Counted from the stretch's first letter, positions 46,106 through 56,651 are shown. The stretch: DNA of 64,000 bases from Bacilli bacterium (GCA_017477845.1 JAFUTR010000017.1:64447-128446); one strand, 5' to 3'. Numbers and translations are program-made. Notes: generated by a model from the letters alone, not told the origin.

Positions 46106-46807
46106 TTGTCTGAACTAATAACGTTAACGTCTGTAAACAAAAAATATAAAAATGGAGTTACTGCTATTTATGATTTAGATTTGAAAATTAAAAAGGGAGA
46201 ATTCGTTTTTATTATTGGAGGTTCTGGAAGTGGGAAGTCTACTTTAATAAAAATGTTATATAGAGAAGAAAAGCCAACTAAGGGAGAAATAAATGTTGGT
46301 GGAGTTAATGTGGCTAAATTAAGGAATAGTAGAGTTTATAAATTAAGAAGAAAGCTTGGTATTGTATTCCAAGATTATAGATTATTACCTAAATTAACAG
46401 TTTATGAAAATGTTGCTTTTGCACTAGAGGCAATAGGAACTAAAAGTAATGAAATACGTGTAAAAACATTAAAGGCTTTAGAACTTGTTGGACTTAAAGG
46501 TAAAACTAGAAACTATCCAGATGAACTTTCTGGAGGAGAACAGCAAAGAGTAGCTATTGCAAGAGCAATAGTTAATGATCCAAAATTAATTCTTTGTGAT
46601 GAACCTACAGGTAATTTAGATCCTAAAATGAGTTTAGAAATTGTTAAAGTACTTGAAGATATCAATAAAACTACTGGTACTACTGTAATAATGGCTACTC
46701 ATGATAAAGAAATAGTTAATAAGTTTAAAAAGAGAGTAATTGCTATTAAGCAGGGAAGAATAGTAAAAGATTATGATGAAGGGAAGTACGATAATGAAGC
46801 TATTTAG
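46106..46807 (+). CDS. ftsE: Cell division ATP-binding protein FtsE
   Basis: Walker A GGSGSGKST, signature LSGGEQQR, Walker B LILCDEPT. I prefer TTG at 46106 after AGAGGTGA. The track start is 46085. Confidence 0.92.
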   Translation: MSELITLTSVNKKYKNGVTAIYDLDLKIKKGEFVFIIGGSGSGKSTLIKMLYREEKPTKGEINVGGVNVAKLRNSRVYKLRRKLGIVFQDYRLLPKLTVYENVAFALEAIGTKSNEIRVKTLKALELVGLKGKTRNYPDELSGGEQQRVAIARAIVNDPKLILCDEPTGNLDPKMSLEIVKVLEDINKTTGTTVIMATHDKEIVNKFKKRVIAIKQGRIVKDYDEGKYDNEAI

Positions 46808-47699
46808 AATGATTAAAAATGGCGTTCGTGATGCCTTTAAAAGTGTAAAAAGAAATTTTTCATTAGCTCTTGCCTCAATTTCTTGTATAAGTATAACTTT
46901 AATTGTAGTAGCACTCGCACTTCTTGTTGCATTTAATGTAGAAAATTTTTCTAGTAATGCTGGAGAAAATGTTACAATAGTTACTTATTTAAGCCTTGGT
47001 GCTACAGAAGATGATATTAGAGAGTTTGAAGCTGCACTAAATAAGATGGAAAATGTTAATAAAGAGTGGACTATGCAAACTCCCCATGAAAGAAAAGAAG
47101 GACTTATGGCAGAGAATGATTTCTTATCTAGCGTAGCGTCCTTGATTGATAATGATGAAGAAGTTTTTCATTATAGATATGATATTAATGTTCTTGATGT
47201 GAAAAAACTTAAAGAAACTAGGGATGATATTAATTCATTAAAAATGGTTGATACTGCTGATTTTGGTGATGAGACAATAACTAAAATGATAAGTATGTTT
47301 GATGTTGCTGGTAAAATAGGTTTTGGTGTAGCTATAGTTTTGATTATTGTTACAGTATTCCTGATTGTTAATACAATTAAACTTACAATTTTTTCAAGGA
47401 AAAGAGAAATATCTATTATGAGAGTTGTTGGTGCTAGTAACTTAACTATTAAAAATCCATTTATAATCGAGGGGTTTATAATTGGCCTTCTTGGATCAAT
47501 AATTCCAGTTCTTGCTACTATATTTGGGTATCGTGCTTTTTATGAAAGACTTGATAATGGTCATTTAATGACATTCTGGCTAGAATTCATTCATCCTGAA
47601 CCATTTGTATACTTTATATCTTTAATAATAGTAGTCATCGGAGTAATTGTTGGTATGTTTGGTAGTAGTAGAGCAGTAAGGAAGTATTTGAAAGTATGA
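46794..47699 (+). CDS. ftsX: Cell division permease FtsX
   Basis: MKLFRMIKNGVRDAFKSVKRNF N-terminus, a large extracellular loop, and 4 TM helices. ATG at 46794 overlaps the ftsE end. Confidence 0.9.
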   Translation: MKLFRMIKNGVRDAFKSVKRNFSLALASISCISITLIVVALALLVAFNVENFSSNAGENVTIVTYLSLGATEDDIREFEAALNKMENVNKEWTMQTPHERKEGLMAENDFLSSVASLIDNDEEVFHYRYDINVLDVKKLKETRDDINSLKMVDTADFGDETITKMISMFDVAGKIGFGVAIVLIIVTVFLIVNTIKLTIFSRKREISIMRVVGASNLTIKNPFIIEGFIIGLLGSIIPVLATIFGYRAFYERLDNGHLMTFWLEFIHPEPFVYFISLIIVVIGVIVGMFGSSRAVRKYLKV

Positions 47700-48913
47700 T
47701 GAATAATAAGGGAAATAAAATAATTGTTCTTTTGCTTATTCTTGGACTTGTTTATTCAACATTTCCTCATTCAACTGCTGCAAGAAAAGATACACTTGGT
47801 TATTATGAAGAAAAACTAGCAGAATATAAAAGTGAAGCACGAGCAAATCAACAGGCAATTAATAAAACAGAAAGTGAAATTAATAGTTCTAGAAATAGGG
47901 TTTCTAGTTTAACTAATGAAACACTTGCTTTAGCAGATGAAGTAAAAAAATTAACAGAAGAAATTGAGAACTATGAAACGGACATAAAAAAGAAACTTGA
48001 TCAATCAAAACAAATACTTGAATATATGCAATTGTCTAGTGGAAGAAATGTTTATCTTGATTATATATTTAAAGCAACATCTGTAGTTGAACTTATTAAT
48101 AGAAGTTATGTAGTTAAAGAAATAGTTGATTATAATACTAAGACAATAAATGAAATGGAACAAATGATTAAAGATAATGAGAAAAGACAAGTAGAAATTG
48201 ATGCAAGAAAAGAAAAAATAAGTACAATGCAGAAAGAACTAGAAAGTAATATTGTTTCCTTAGGTGAAAAGAAAGAGTCTTTAACTTCTGGAGGAATCGA
48301 TATTGAAAAGCAAATTAAAATTTATGAAGAACAAGTTAATATGTATAAAAAACTTGGATGTAAGACGAATGATGTAATAGGAGTTGATTGTGCTGTAACT
48401 GGTGGAACTGGTGTATTTAGAAGACCTACTCAAACTGGATATATTACACAAGAAGCTTATTATGGATCATCATATACTCATAGAGCAGTGGATGTTGGTA
48501 GCAAAAATGGGCGAAGAGAAAAAATATATCCTATAGCAAATGGTACAATTACATCTATTTACAGAGATTCATATGGTGCATTGTGTATAACAATTGAACA
48601 TTATAATACTAATGATCATAAATATTATACATCATTGTATGCTCATTTAAGTTCTTATGCGCCAGGATTATATGTTGGTAAAAATGTAACAAGTGAACAA
48701 TATATTGGCTATATGGGTGATACTGGCTATGCTTTTGGTGTCCATTTACATATGGAAATATTCCCATGTAGAGTGTTTAATCCTACAGATGCTAATTGTT
48801 CTACTTGGTCTAAATATTTTAATTTTGCTAAGAGTAAATTAAGAAGTGGATATAATCCAAGGAACTTGATTTCATTTCCAAAGGGTTTATATAACTCTTG
48901 GAATTCACGATAA
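47696..48913 (+). CDS. Secreted coiled-coil M23 (LytM) peptidase, probable FtsEX-controlled peptidoglycan hydrolase
   Basis: Signal peptide, about 200 aa of coiled coil, then an M23 domain with intact HRAVD (HxxxD) and HLHME (HxH). ATGA overlap with ftsX. Confidence 0.88.
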   Translation: MMNNKGNKIIVLLLILGLVYSTFPHSTAARKDTLGYYEEKLAEYKSEARANQQAINKTESEINSSRNRVSSLTNETLALADEVKKLTEEIENYETDIKKKLDQSKQILEYMQLSSGRNVYLDYIFKATSVVELINRSYVVKEIVDYNTKTINEMEQMIKDNEKRQVEIDARKEKISTMQKELESNIVSLGEKKESLTSGGIDIEKQIKIYEEQVNMYKKLGCKTNDVIGVDCAVTGGTGVFRRPTQTGYITQEAYYGSSYTHRAVDVGSKNGRREKIYPIANGTITSIYRDSYGALCITIEHYNTNDHKYYTSLYAHLSSYAPGLYVGKNVTSEQYIGYMGDTGYAFGVHLHMEIFPCRVFNPTDANCSTWSKYFNFAKSKLRSGYNPRNLISFPKGLYNSWNSR

Positions 48914-48915
48914 TA

Positions 48916-48941
48916 AAAAGGTAACTAAATTGTTACCTTTT
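48916..48941. terminator. Bidirectional terminator between convergent genes
   Basis: AAAAGGTAAC-taaatt-GTTACCTTTT with A/T runs on both sides. Confidence 0.75.
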
Positions 48942-50376
48942 ATTTTTTAAATATTTCTTTGTATCCTTCCCACATACTTTCGTCAATTTTATATTTTACT
49001 TTTTTATCTTTTTGTTCATACATTTGCATTATTACTTCTTTTAATTTTGTATAATTTTTTTCATCAAAATACTCAAATGGTATTATAAAGCCATTGTCTT
49101 TATTTATAATACCTAATTCGTCATATGCTTCAAGCGGAGTTACTACAACTTTAGTATTAACTGCAAGTGCTTCAAGAATACAGTATGGCATTGCTTCGCT
49201 ATCACTTAATAACACGAAATAGTCGCTATCTTTTACATATGGTATAGGGTTATCGACTCTTTTTCTATATATTAAACCATCTATATTTGTATTCTCTTTT
49301 TGATCTGTAAATAACTCCCAAGTATAAGGAATATCCATTTCAGTCATTAATTTTGCCATTAATTCTACTCTATCTGGTCTTTTTACATCACAATATCTAA
49401 AAGCTGATGTTAATCTTAAGTGAGGCTTTATTAGATCATTATCTAATTTAAAGGGATTTATAACATATTCAATTTTTTTAGTAGGAAAATATCCTTTTGC
49501 TTTTTTTGCTGCAATTTTAGATACAGCTATATATTTTGTATAAATATCGTCATAATATCTTCTTACATTTTCATAATCACTCATATTTCCATGAATAAAT
49601 AAGTAATTACTTTCTATTGTAAATAAATTTTTTGGATAGAAATAGTCTGAATATGTAGTTATTAATCTATCACATACATAGTTGACATTATTATTTCTTT
49701 TAATACATTTATAACTTTTTAAAAATGTGTTTAATGTTTTTGTGTTTATTTCATCATATAAAAAAATCAAATCATAATTATTTTTAAAACACCTTCCAAT
49801 ATTGTTTATCCAACTTATATAACCATTAAATAATCCATTGCATCCATTTCCAATGTAGATAACATTTTTATAAAATTCATTTCTTTTAATATCTTGAAAT
49901 TGAAAATTTTTAAGCATTTTTTTCCCTTTTGGATTATGAAAGTAAATAAGTTTTCCAATTGCTTCTATTTTTTTAAATTCTTCATCTACTTTTTTATTAA
50001 ATTTTACTTGAGTACTTATATTTAATAGTGTTTCTAATTTACTTTTTTTAAAAATATAATTCCAAATAAATTCTCCATAATATGGTTTATTCTTTATAAG
50101 TTCATTTTCATTAGTTAATATTTTAATTTTGTTTTTGTAATCATATTTAATATCATAATTTATAAAACAACAATCAAAATCTTTTTGGCATTTTTCGTAT
50201 ATAATTTTTAAATAGTCTTCAGATATTGTATCTTCTTCTTTTATGAATGTTATATATTTTCCTTTTGCCTTTTTAATATTATTTAATATATCACCATCAC
50301 TATAGATAAACTCAATATCTTTATCTTCTTTTTCATCAATATTTTTTCCTAAAATTACAAGTGTAAGTTTAATCAT
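48940..50376 (-). CDS. Glycosyltransferase (GT-B/GT4-like C-terminal domain with EX7E; GT2-like degenerate N-terminal region)
   Basis: 478 aa. SDSEAMPYCILEALA (E-x7-E). GGAG SD. It is the only minus-strand gene right of oriC. Confidence 0.7.
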   Translation of the reverse strand: MIKLTLVILGKNIDEKEDKDIEFIYSDGDILNNIKKAKGKYITFIKEEDTISEDYLKIIYEKCQKDFDCCFINYDIKYDYKNKIKILTNENELIKNKPYYGEFIWNYIFKKSKLETLLNISTQVKFNKKVDEEFKKIEAIGKLIYFHNPKGKKMLKNFQFQDIKRNEFYKNVIYIGNGCNGLFNGYISWINNIGRCFKNNYDLIFLYDEINTKTLNTFLKSYKCIKRNNNVNYVCDRLITTYSDYFYPKNLFTIESNYLFIHGNMSDYENVRRYYDDIYTKYIAVSKIAAKKAKGYFPTKKIEYVINPFKLDNDLIKPHLRLTSAFRYCDVKRPDRVELMAKLMTEMDIPYTWELFTDQKENTNIDGLIYRKRVDNPIPYVKDSDYFVLLSDSEAMPYCILEALAVNTKVVVTPLEAYDELGIINKDNGFIIPFEYFDEKNYTKLKEVIMQMYEQKDKKVKYKIDESMWEGYKEIFKK

Positions 50377-50488
50377 ATATATACTCCATCTATTATAGTA
50401 AATTATAACATATTCTCTAAAATCTTAAAATATAAATTGAGAAATAATTCCATTATTGTTAGAATAATAGTATCAAATAGGAGGGAAA

Positions 50489-50830
50489 ATGAAAAGTTAT
50501 ATGAAAGATTATATTAATTGTATTGATTCTTATATTAAAGAGAAAAATATAAGTGATATTGATGAGATAATTGAAACACATTTAGTTAAAATTAAGTTTT
50601 TTATGCATGAAAGACTTATTCATCTTTTAGTGACAATTCTTTTTGCTATTATGACACTTATGACTTTGTTTGTTTTGTTAAATAATTCCAGCATTGAACT
50701 TATGATTTTATTAGTATTATTTGTGTGTTTATTAGTTCCATATATTTATCATTATTACTATTTAGAAAATAGTGTTCAATATATGTATAGAGAGTATGAT
50801 GAATTAAGGAAATTAAAATTAAAAAAATGA
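50489..50830 (+). CDS. Small two-TM membrane protein of unknown function
   Basis: 113 aa with an AGGAGGGA SD. Confidence 0.6.
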   Translation: MKSYMKDYINCIDSYIKEKNISDIDEIIETHLVKIKFFMHERLIHLLVTILFAIMTLMTLFVLLNNSSIELMILLVLFVCLLVPYIYHYYYLENSVQYMYREYDELRKLKLKK

Positions 50831-50920
50831 TATTATTTTTAAAATAAAAAAAGAAAAATAGTTTTATATTTGTTTTTGTTATGATAACATATTCATGATT
50901 TTATTTGTTGGAGGTATTTT

Positions 50921-52876
50921 ATGTTTAAATTAGTTAGTAAATATCAACCAAATGGTGATCAACCCAAAGCGATAGAAGAACTTGTTAATGGAATTAATGA
51001 AGGTAAGAAACATCAAGTACTATTAGGCGCTACTGGAACTGGAAAAACTTTTACTATGGCAAATGTTATTGCTAGTGTTAATAAACCTACTTTAATACTT
51101 GCTCATAATAAAACTTTAGCTGGACAGTTATATGCAGAATTTAAAGAGTTATTTCCTGAAAATAGAGTTGAGTATTTTGTTTCATATTACGATTATTATC
51201 AACCTGAAGCATATGTACCTAGTACTGATACTTATATTGAAAAGGATTCATCAATTAATGATGAAATAGATGAACTTCGCCATGCCGCTGCTAGTAGTTT
51301 GCTTACAAGGAAAGATACCATAGTTGTGGCTTCAGTTTCCTGTATTTATGGAATTGGTGAACCTGAAGAATATAAGGATAAAATGCTTACATTAACTGTT
51401 GGTGATAAAGTTGATAGGAATTATGTTTTAAATAAACTTGTTGATATGCTTTATGAAAGAAATGATATAGATTTTAAACGTGGAACTTTTAGAGTTCGTG
51501 GGGATATTGTTGAAGTAATTCCTGCTAGCGAAAGAAATAATGGAATTAGAATTGAATTCTTTGGTGATGAAATAGATAGAATTAGTGAAATAGATACTTT
51601 AACTGGCGCTATAAAAGTGAATAAGAAAAATGTTTCAATTTTCCCAGCTAGCTTGTTTGTTACTAGTGATGAAAAATTACAAGAAGCTATGAAAAGAATT
51701 AAAAATGAGTGTATAGAGCGTGTTAAGTATTTCAAAGAAAATAATAAATTATTAGAAGCACAACGCATAGAAGAAAGAACTAATTATGATTTAGAAATGC
51801 TTAGTGAAACTGGTTTTTGTAGCGGTGTTGAAAACTATTCAAGGCATATGGCACTAAGAGGTGAAGGTGAAACCCCAACAACTCTTATGGATTTTTTTGG
51901 AGATGATTACCTATTAATAGTAGATGAATCACATGTTACTCTTCCACAAGTTAGGGGAATGTATAATGGAGATAGAGCAAGGAAAATGAATTTAGTAGAA
52001 TATGGATTTAGGCTTCCAAGTGCTCTTGATAATAGACCTTTAAAATTTGAAGAATTTGAAAGTAAAGTTAACCAAGCAATATATGTATCTGCAACGCCTG
52101 GTGACTATGAATTATCTCATACGAATAATAAATTTGTTGAGCAGATTATAAGACCTACTGGACTTTTGGATCCTTTAATTGAAGTAAGAGGATCAACTGG
52201 ACAAATTGAAGATTTGGTTGGAGAGATAAAAGATAGAATAGAAAAGAATGAAAGGGTATTAATTACTACACTTACTATTAGAATGGCTGAAGAGTTAACT
52301 AATTACTTGAAAGACATTGATATAAAAGTAGCATACTTGCATACTGAAGTTAAAACACTTGAAAGACTTAGAATTATACGTGATTTAAGACTTGGAAAAT
52401 ATGATTGCATCGTTGGGATAAATTTATTGCGTGAAGGAATAGATATTCCTGAAGTTAGTTTGATTGCTATACTCGATGCTGATAAAGAAGGATTTTTAAG
52501 AAGTGAGAGAAGCCTTATTCAAACAATTGGAAGATGTGCAAGAAACTCTAATGGTAAATGTATTATGTATGCTGATAAAATTACTGAGTCTATGCAAAAA
52601 GCAATTGATGAGACATCAAGACGTCGTTCAATACAAGAAAAATACAATGAAGAGCATGGAATAATACCAAAAACAATAATTAAAGATATTAGAGACTTGA
52701 TTAGTAATGTAGACGACTTAAAGAATAGTAAGAAGACTAATGTAAAAGCTAGTAAGAAAGAGAAAGAATTGAATATAGAAGAAATAGAACAAGAAATGAA
52801 AGAGGCTGCAAAGAATTTAGATTTCGAACGTGCTATGGAACTTCGTGATATTTTATTCGAATTAAAAGCAAAATAA
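50921..52876 (+). CDS. uvrB: Excinuclease ABC subunit B
   Basis: 651 aa. GATGTGKT, helicase motifs, and a C-terminal UVR domain ([11 protein letters not shown]). Confidence 0.97.
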   Translation: MFKLVSKYQPNGDQPKAIEELVNGINEGKKHQVLLGATGTGKTFTMANVIASVNKPTLILAHNKTLAGQLYAEFKELFPENRVEYFVSYYDYYQPEAYVPSTDTYIEKDSSINDEIDELRHAAASSLLTRKDTIVVASVSCIYGIGEPEEYKDKMLTLTVGDKVDRNYVLNKLVDMLYERNDIDFKRGTFRVRGDIVEVIPASERNNGIRIEFFGDEIDRISEIDTLTGAIKVNKKNVSIFPASLFVTSDEKLQEAMKRIKNECIERVKYFKENNKLLEAQRIEERTNYDLEMLSETGFCSGVENYSRHMALRGEGETPTTLMDFFGDDYLLIVDESHVTLPQVRGMYNGDRARKMNLVEYGFRLPSALDNRPLKFEEFESKVNQAIYVSATPGDYELSHTNNKFVEQIIRPTGLLDPLIEVRGSTGQIEDLVGEIKDRIEKNERVLITTLTIRMAEELTNYLKDIDIKVAYLHTEVKTLERLRIIRDLRLGKYDCIVGINLLREGIDIPEVSLIAILDADKEGFLRSERSLIQTIGRCARNSNGKCIMYADKITESMQKAIDETSRRRSIQEKYNEEHGIIPKTIIKDIRDLISNVDDLKNSKKTNVKASKKEKELNIEEIEQEMKEAAKNLDFERAMELRDILFELKAK

Positions 52877-52877
52877 T

Positions 52878-53723
52878 ATGAAAAAAAGATTTAAAAAAAT
52901 ATATGTAGAAATAACTAATAGATGCAACTTGAAATGTTCTTTTTGTGGTAGTAGTAAATTACCTTTTAAATCGATGAGTATAGATGAGTTTGAGTATGTA
53001 GTAAAAAAAATTAAACCATTTACTGATTATATTTATCTTCATGTAAAAGGTGAACCTCTTCTTTATACAGAATTAGATAAGGCTCTTCTTATATGTGATA
53101 GAGAAAATATAAAAGTTAATATTACTACTAATGGGACTTTATTAAAAGAAAAATATGATATTCTTAATAAACATACATCAATTAGGCAAATTAATATTTC
53201 ATTACACTCTGAAAATGATTATCCTAACTATTTTAAGAACGTATTTTTTGCTTGTAAACTTTTATCCACAAAAATGTTTATAAGTTATAGAATATGGACT
53301 CTTAACAATTATAAATTAAATAAAAAATCCACAGATATTGTTAATAAAATAATAGAATATTATAAATTAGATCAAGAAATTGTTGAAAAACTAAAAAATG
53401 AAAACTCCATTAAAATAGATAATAATACTTTTGTTAATAAAGAAAATTTATTTATTTGGCCGGATGATTATACAGGATATCCAATCGATTCATTTTGCTA
53501 TGGACTTGATAGTCATATTGGAATTTTATCTAATGGTACTGTAGTTCCTTGTTGTTTGGATTCAACTGGAGAGATTAATCTTGGAAATATTTTCAATGAA
53601 GAGTTATCGGATATATTAGATAAAGAACTTGTAAGAAATATTATTGATAGTTTTAAGAATAATAAATCGTATTGTAATTTATGTAAAAAATGTAATTTTA
53701 GAAATAGATTTTTGAAAAAATAA
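52878..53723 (+). CDS. Radical SAM protein with a C-terminal SPASM/twitch-like Cys cluster
   Basis: 281 aa. CNLKCSFC (CxxxCxxC) at aa 16-23. C-terminal VPCCLDSTGEINLGNI ... YCNLCKKCNF. The start lies 2 nt after the uvrB stop with no obvious SD. Confidence 0.85.
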   Translation: MKKRFKKIYVEITNRCNLKCSFCGSSKLPFKSMSIDEFEYVVKKIKPFTDYIYLHVKGEPLLYTELDKALLICDRENIKVNITTNGTLLKEKYDILNKHTSIRQINISLHSENDYPNYFKNVFFACKLLSTKMFISYRIWTLNNYKLNKKSTDIVNKIIEYYKLDQEIVEKLKNENSIKIDNNTFVNKENLFIWPDDYTGYPIDSFCYGLDSHIGILSNGTVVPCCLDSTGEINLGNIFNEELSDILDKELVRNIIDSFKNNKSYCNLCKKCNFRNRFLKK

Positions 53724-53741
53724 TAATCTATTTCTTTTTTT
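53700..53741 (+). terminator. Intrinsic terminator after the radical SAM gene
   Basis: AGAAATAGATT (53700-53710) pairs with AATCTATTTCT (53725-53735) and is followed by T6. Confidence 0.65.
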
Positions 53742-53843
53742 GAATAGTTTATTATATTGAACTTAGAATAAATAGTGAATTTTCTTTTTCTTTTATTAAA
53801 AAATGTGCTATTATATAGTAGCAAATTTAGTGAGGTGTTTCTT

Positions 53844-56651
53844 ATGGATGAAATAATTATAAAAGGTGCTAGAGAAAATAATTTAAAAAATATTAATTTA
53901 ACTTTACCTAAGAATAAGTTAATTGTTATGACAGGTGTATCTGGAAGTGGGAAAAGTAGTTTGGCTTTTGATACTATATATGCCGAGGGACAAAGAAGAT
54001 ACGTTGAAAGTTTATCTAGTTATGCTAGACAGTTTTTAGGTGGAACAGAAAAACCTGATGTAGACTCGATTGAAGGATTATCTCCATCTATTAGTATCGA
54101 TCAAAAAACTACTAGTAATAACCCTAGAAGTACTGTCGGAACTGTAACAGAAATATATGATTATTTTAGACTTTTATATGCAAGAATCGGAACACCTATT
54201 TGCCCTAACCATCATATACCAATTAAGGGGCAAAGCATTGAAGAAATGGCTAATAAGTTACTTGAATATCCAGAAGGAACCAAGATGGTTATTATGTCAC
54301 CAGTTGTACATGGAGAAAAAGGAACTCACAAAGAATTACTTGATAAATTAAGAGCCGATGGTTATGCAAGAATAAGAATAAATGGGGAAATGCATGAATT
54401 AACAGAAGAGATTTCTTTTGAAAAAAATATAAAAGATAATATTGACGTTGTAATGGATCGTTTAGTAATAAAAGATGGAATTAGAGGAAGACTTTTTGAG
54501 TCTTTGGAAGCCGCTTGCAAAATATCAAAAGGAAAAGTAATTATAGATATTTTAGGAGATAAAGAACTATTGTTCTCAGAACTATATGCATGTCCTTATT
54601 GTGAATTTTCTCTTCCAGAACTTGAACCTAGAATGTTTAGTTTTAATGCTCCGTATTGTGCGTGCCCTGATTGTAAAGGACTTGGTATTAAACTTTCGAT
54701 TGATCCGGAATTAGTAATACCTGATAAAGATAAGTCACTTGAAGAAGGTGCTATAGTTACTCTTGGAGATGATACTGATAATATATATTATAAAAGATTA
54801 GAATGCATGTGTAAGCATTATAAAATTAGTACTACTAAACCATTTAAAAAATTAACTAAGAAAGAGCAAGACTTAATTTTTTATGGTAGCGATGTCCCTA
54901 TTAAATTTAATTATACTTCAAGAAGTGGTAATGTTACTAATCAAGTAGATTTTTATGAAGGAGTTATTAATAATCTCGAAAGGCGTTATATGGAAACTAC
55001 GAGTACTTGGATTAGAGAATGGCTTGAAAACTATATGATAGAAAGTGTGTGTGAAACTTGTCATGGTGCAAGACTTAATAATGATGCATTATCTGTTTAT
55101 GTCAATGGTAAAAATATATTTGAACTTACTTCTATGAGTATTGATAAAATAATTAAATTCTTTGATAGTTTGAAACTAACAAAAGAACAAGAGTCAATTT
55201 CTGATTTGCTTATTAAAGAAATTAAAAGTAGACTTAATTTTTTATCAAATGTTGGACTTGAATATTTAACACTTAGTAGAATGGCAGGGACTTTATCTGG
55301 TGGTGAACTACAAAGAATAAGACTTGCTACTCAAATTGGTTCTAGATTAACTGGAGTGTTGTATGTTCTTGATGAACCGAGTATAGGACTTCATCAACGT
55401 GATAACGAAAGACTTATAAATTCATTAAAAGAAATGAGAGATCTTGGTAATACATTAATTGTTGTTGAACATGATACTGATACTATGCTTGCTGCAGATT
55501 ATTTAGTAGATATTGGACCTAAAGCTGGTAGTGAAGGTGGATATGTAATGGCAGCTGGTACTCCAGAAGAAGTTATGAAAGTTGATGAAAGTATTACTGG
55601 AAGATATTTAAGTGGAAAAGAAAAAATAGAAGTTCCTGAAAAAAGAAGAAAAGGTAATGGAAAATTTATTGAGGTATTAGGAGCTTCTGAAAATAATTTA
55701 AAAAATATTGATGTTAAATTTCCTCTTGGTACATATACTTGTGTAACTGGTGTATCTGGAAGTGGGAAAAGTAGTTTAGTTATGAGAATTCTTTCAAATG
55801 CTGCTATGAAATATGTTTATAAGTCTAAAGTTACAGTAGGAAAACATAAAAAGATAAAAGGACTAGAGAATATCGATAAAATAGTAGAGATAACTCAAAA
55901 TCCTATTGGAAGAACTCCAAGAAGTAATCCCGCAACATATACAGGTGTTTTTGATGATATAAGAGACTTATTTACAAATACAAAAGAAGCAAAGATGTAT
56001 GGCTTTGAAAAGAATAGATTTTCATTTAATGTAAAGGGTGGAAGATGTGAAGCATGCCGCGGAGACGGAGTTAAGAAAATAGAGATGCATTTTTTACCTG
56101 ATGTTTATGTTCCTTGTGAAGTTTGCCATGGAACTCGTTATAATAGTGAAACTTTAAACATAAAATATAAAGGAAAGAATATTGCAGAAGTTCTTGAGAT
56201 GAGAGTAACTGAAGCTTTAAAATTTTTTGAAAATGTTCCTAAAATAAAATCAAAACTTCAAGTATTAGAAGATGTTGGAATTGGATATTTGCAACTTGGA
56301 CAAAGTGCTCCTACTTTATCTGGTGGAGAAGCAGGTCGTGTTAAACTTGCTAAAGAACTACAAAAGAAAGCAACTGGTAAAACGTTATTTATTATGGATG
56401 AACCTACAACTGGACTTCATTCAGCTGATATTAAGAGATTACTTGCAATTATTCAAAAAATAGTAGATAATAAAGATACAGTAATAGTAATTGAGCATAA
56501 TCTTGATATGATAAAATGTGCAGATTACATAATAGATATAGGACCTTTAGGCGGAGATAATGGAGGAAAAGTTGTTGCTTTAGGTACTCCTCTTGAAGTA
56601 AGCAAGAATAAAAACTCATTTACTGGAGAATTTTTAAAGAAAATATTATAA
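53844..56651 (+). CDS. uvrA: Excinuclease ABC subunit A
   Basis: MDEIIIKGARENNLKNI N-terminus, two ABC modules (GVSGSGKSS twice), and zinc fingers. ATG at 53844 after GTGAGGTG. The track start at 53775 is an upstream extension. Confidence 0.97.
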   Translation: MDEIIIKGARENNLKNINLTLPKNKLIVMTGVSGSGKSSLAFDTIYAEGQRRYVESLSSYARQFLGGTEKPDVDSIEGLSPSISIDQKTTSNNPRSTVGTVTEIYDYFRLLYARIGTPICPNHHIPIKGQSIEEMANKLLEYPEGTKMVIMSPVVHGEKGTHKELLDKLRADGYARIRINGEMHELTEEISFEKNIKDNIDVVMDRLVIKDGIRGRLFESLEAACKISKGKVIIDILGDKELLFSELYACPYCEFSLPELEPRMFSFNAPYCACPDCKGLGIKLSIDPELVIPDKDKSLEEGAIVTLGDDTDNIYYKRLECMCKHYKISTTKPFKKLTKKEQDLIFYGSDVPIKFNYTSRSGNVTNQVDFYEGVINNLERRYMETTSTWIREWLENYMIESVCETCHGARLNNDALSVYVNGKNIFELTSMSIDKIIKFFDSLKLTKEQESISDLLIKEIKSRLNFLSNVGLEYLTLSRMAGTLSGGELQRIRLATQIGSRLTGVLYVLDEPSIGLHQRDNERLINSLKEMRDLGNTLIVVEHDTDTMLAADYLVDIGPKAGSEGGYVMAAGTPEEVMKVDESITGRYLSGKEKIEVPEKRRKGNGKFIEVLGASENNLKNIDVKFPLGTYTCVTGVSGSGKSSLVMRILSNAAMKYVYKSKVTVGKHKKIKGLENIDKIVEITQNPIGRTPRSNPATYTGVFDDIRDLFTNTKEAKMYGFEKNRFSFNVKGGRCEACRGDGVKKIEMHFLPDVYVPCEVCHGTRYNSETLNIKYKGKNIAEVLEMRVTEALKFFENVPKIKSKLQVLEDVGIGYLQLGQSAPTLSGGEAGRVKLAKELQKKATGKTLFIMDEPTTGLHSADIKRLLAIIQKIVDNKDTVIVIEHNLDMIKCADYIIDIGPLGGDNGGKVVALGTPLEVSKNKNSFTGEFLKKIL

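Noticed and set aside
50831-50920. LexA (Cheo box, CGAACNNNNGTTCG) operators upstream of uvrB, and likewise upstream of uvrA (53742-53843)
   Set aside because: Only half-site-like matches are present (ATAACATATTCAT, GAACTTAGAATA). There is no acceptable full palindrome, so no SOS box is claimed.
54157-56463. Two same-strand out-of-frame ORFs (54157..54351 and 56272..56463) inside uvrA
   Set aside because: They are embedded in an uninterrupted, fully conserved UvrA reading frame. There is no evidence for overlapping genes.
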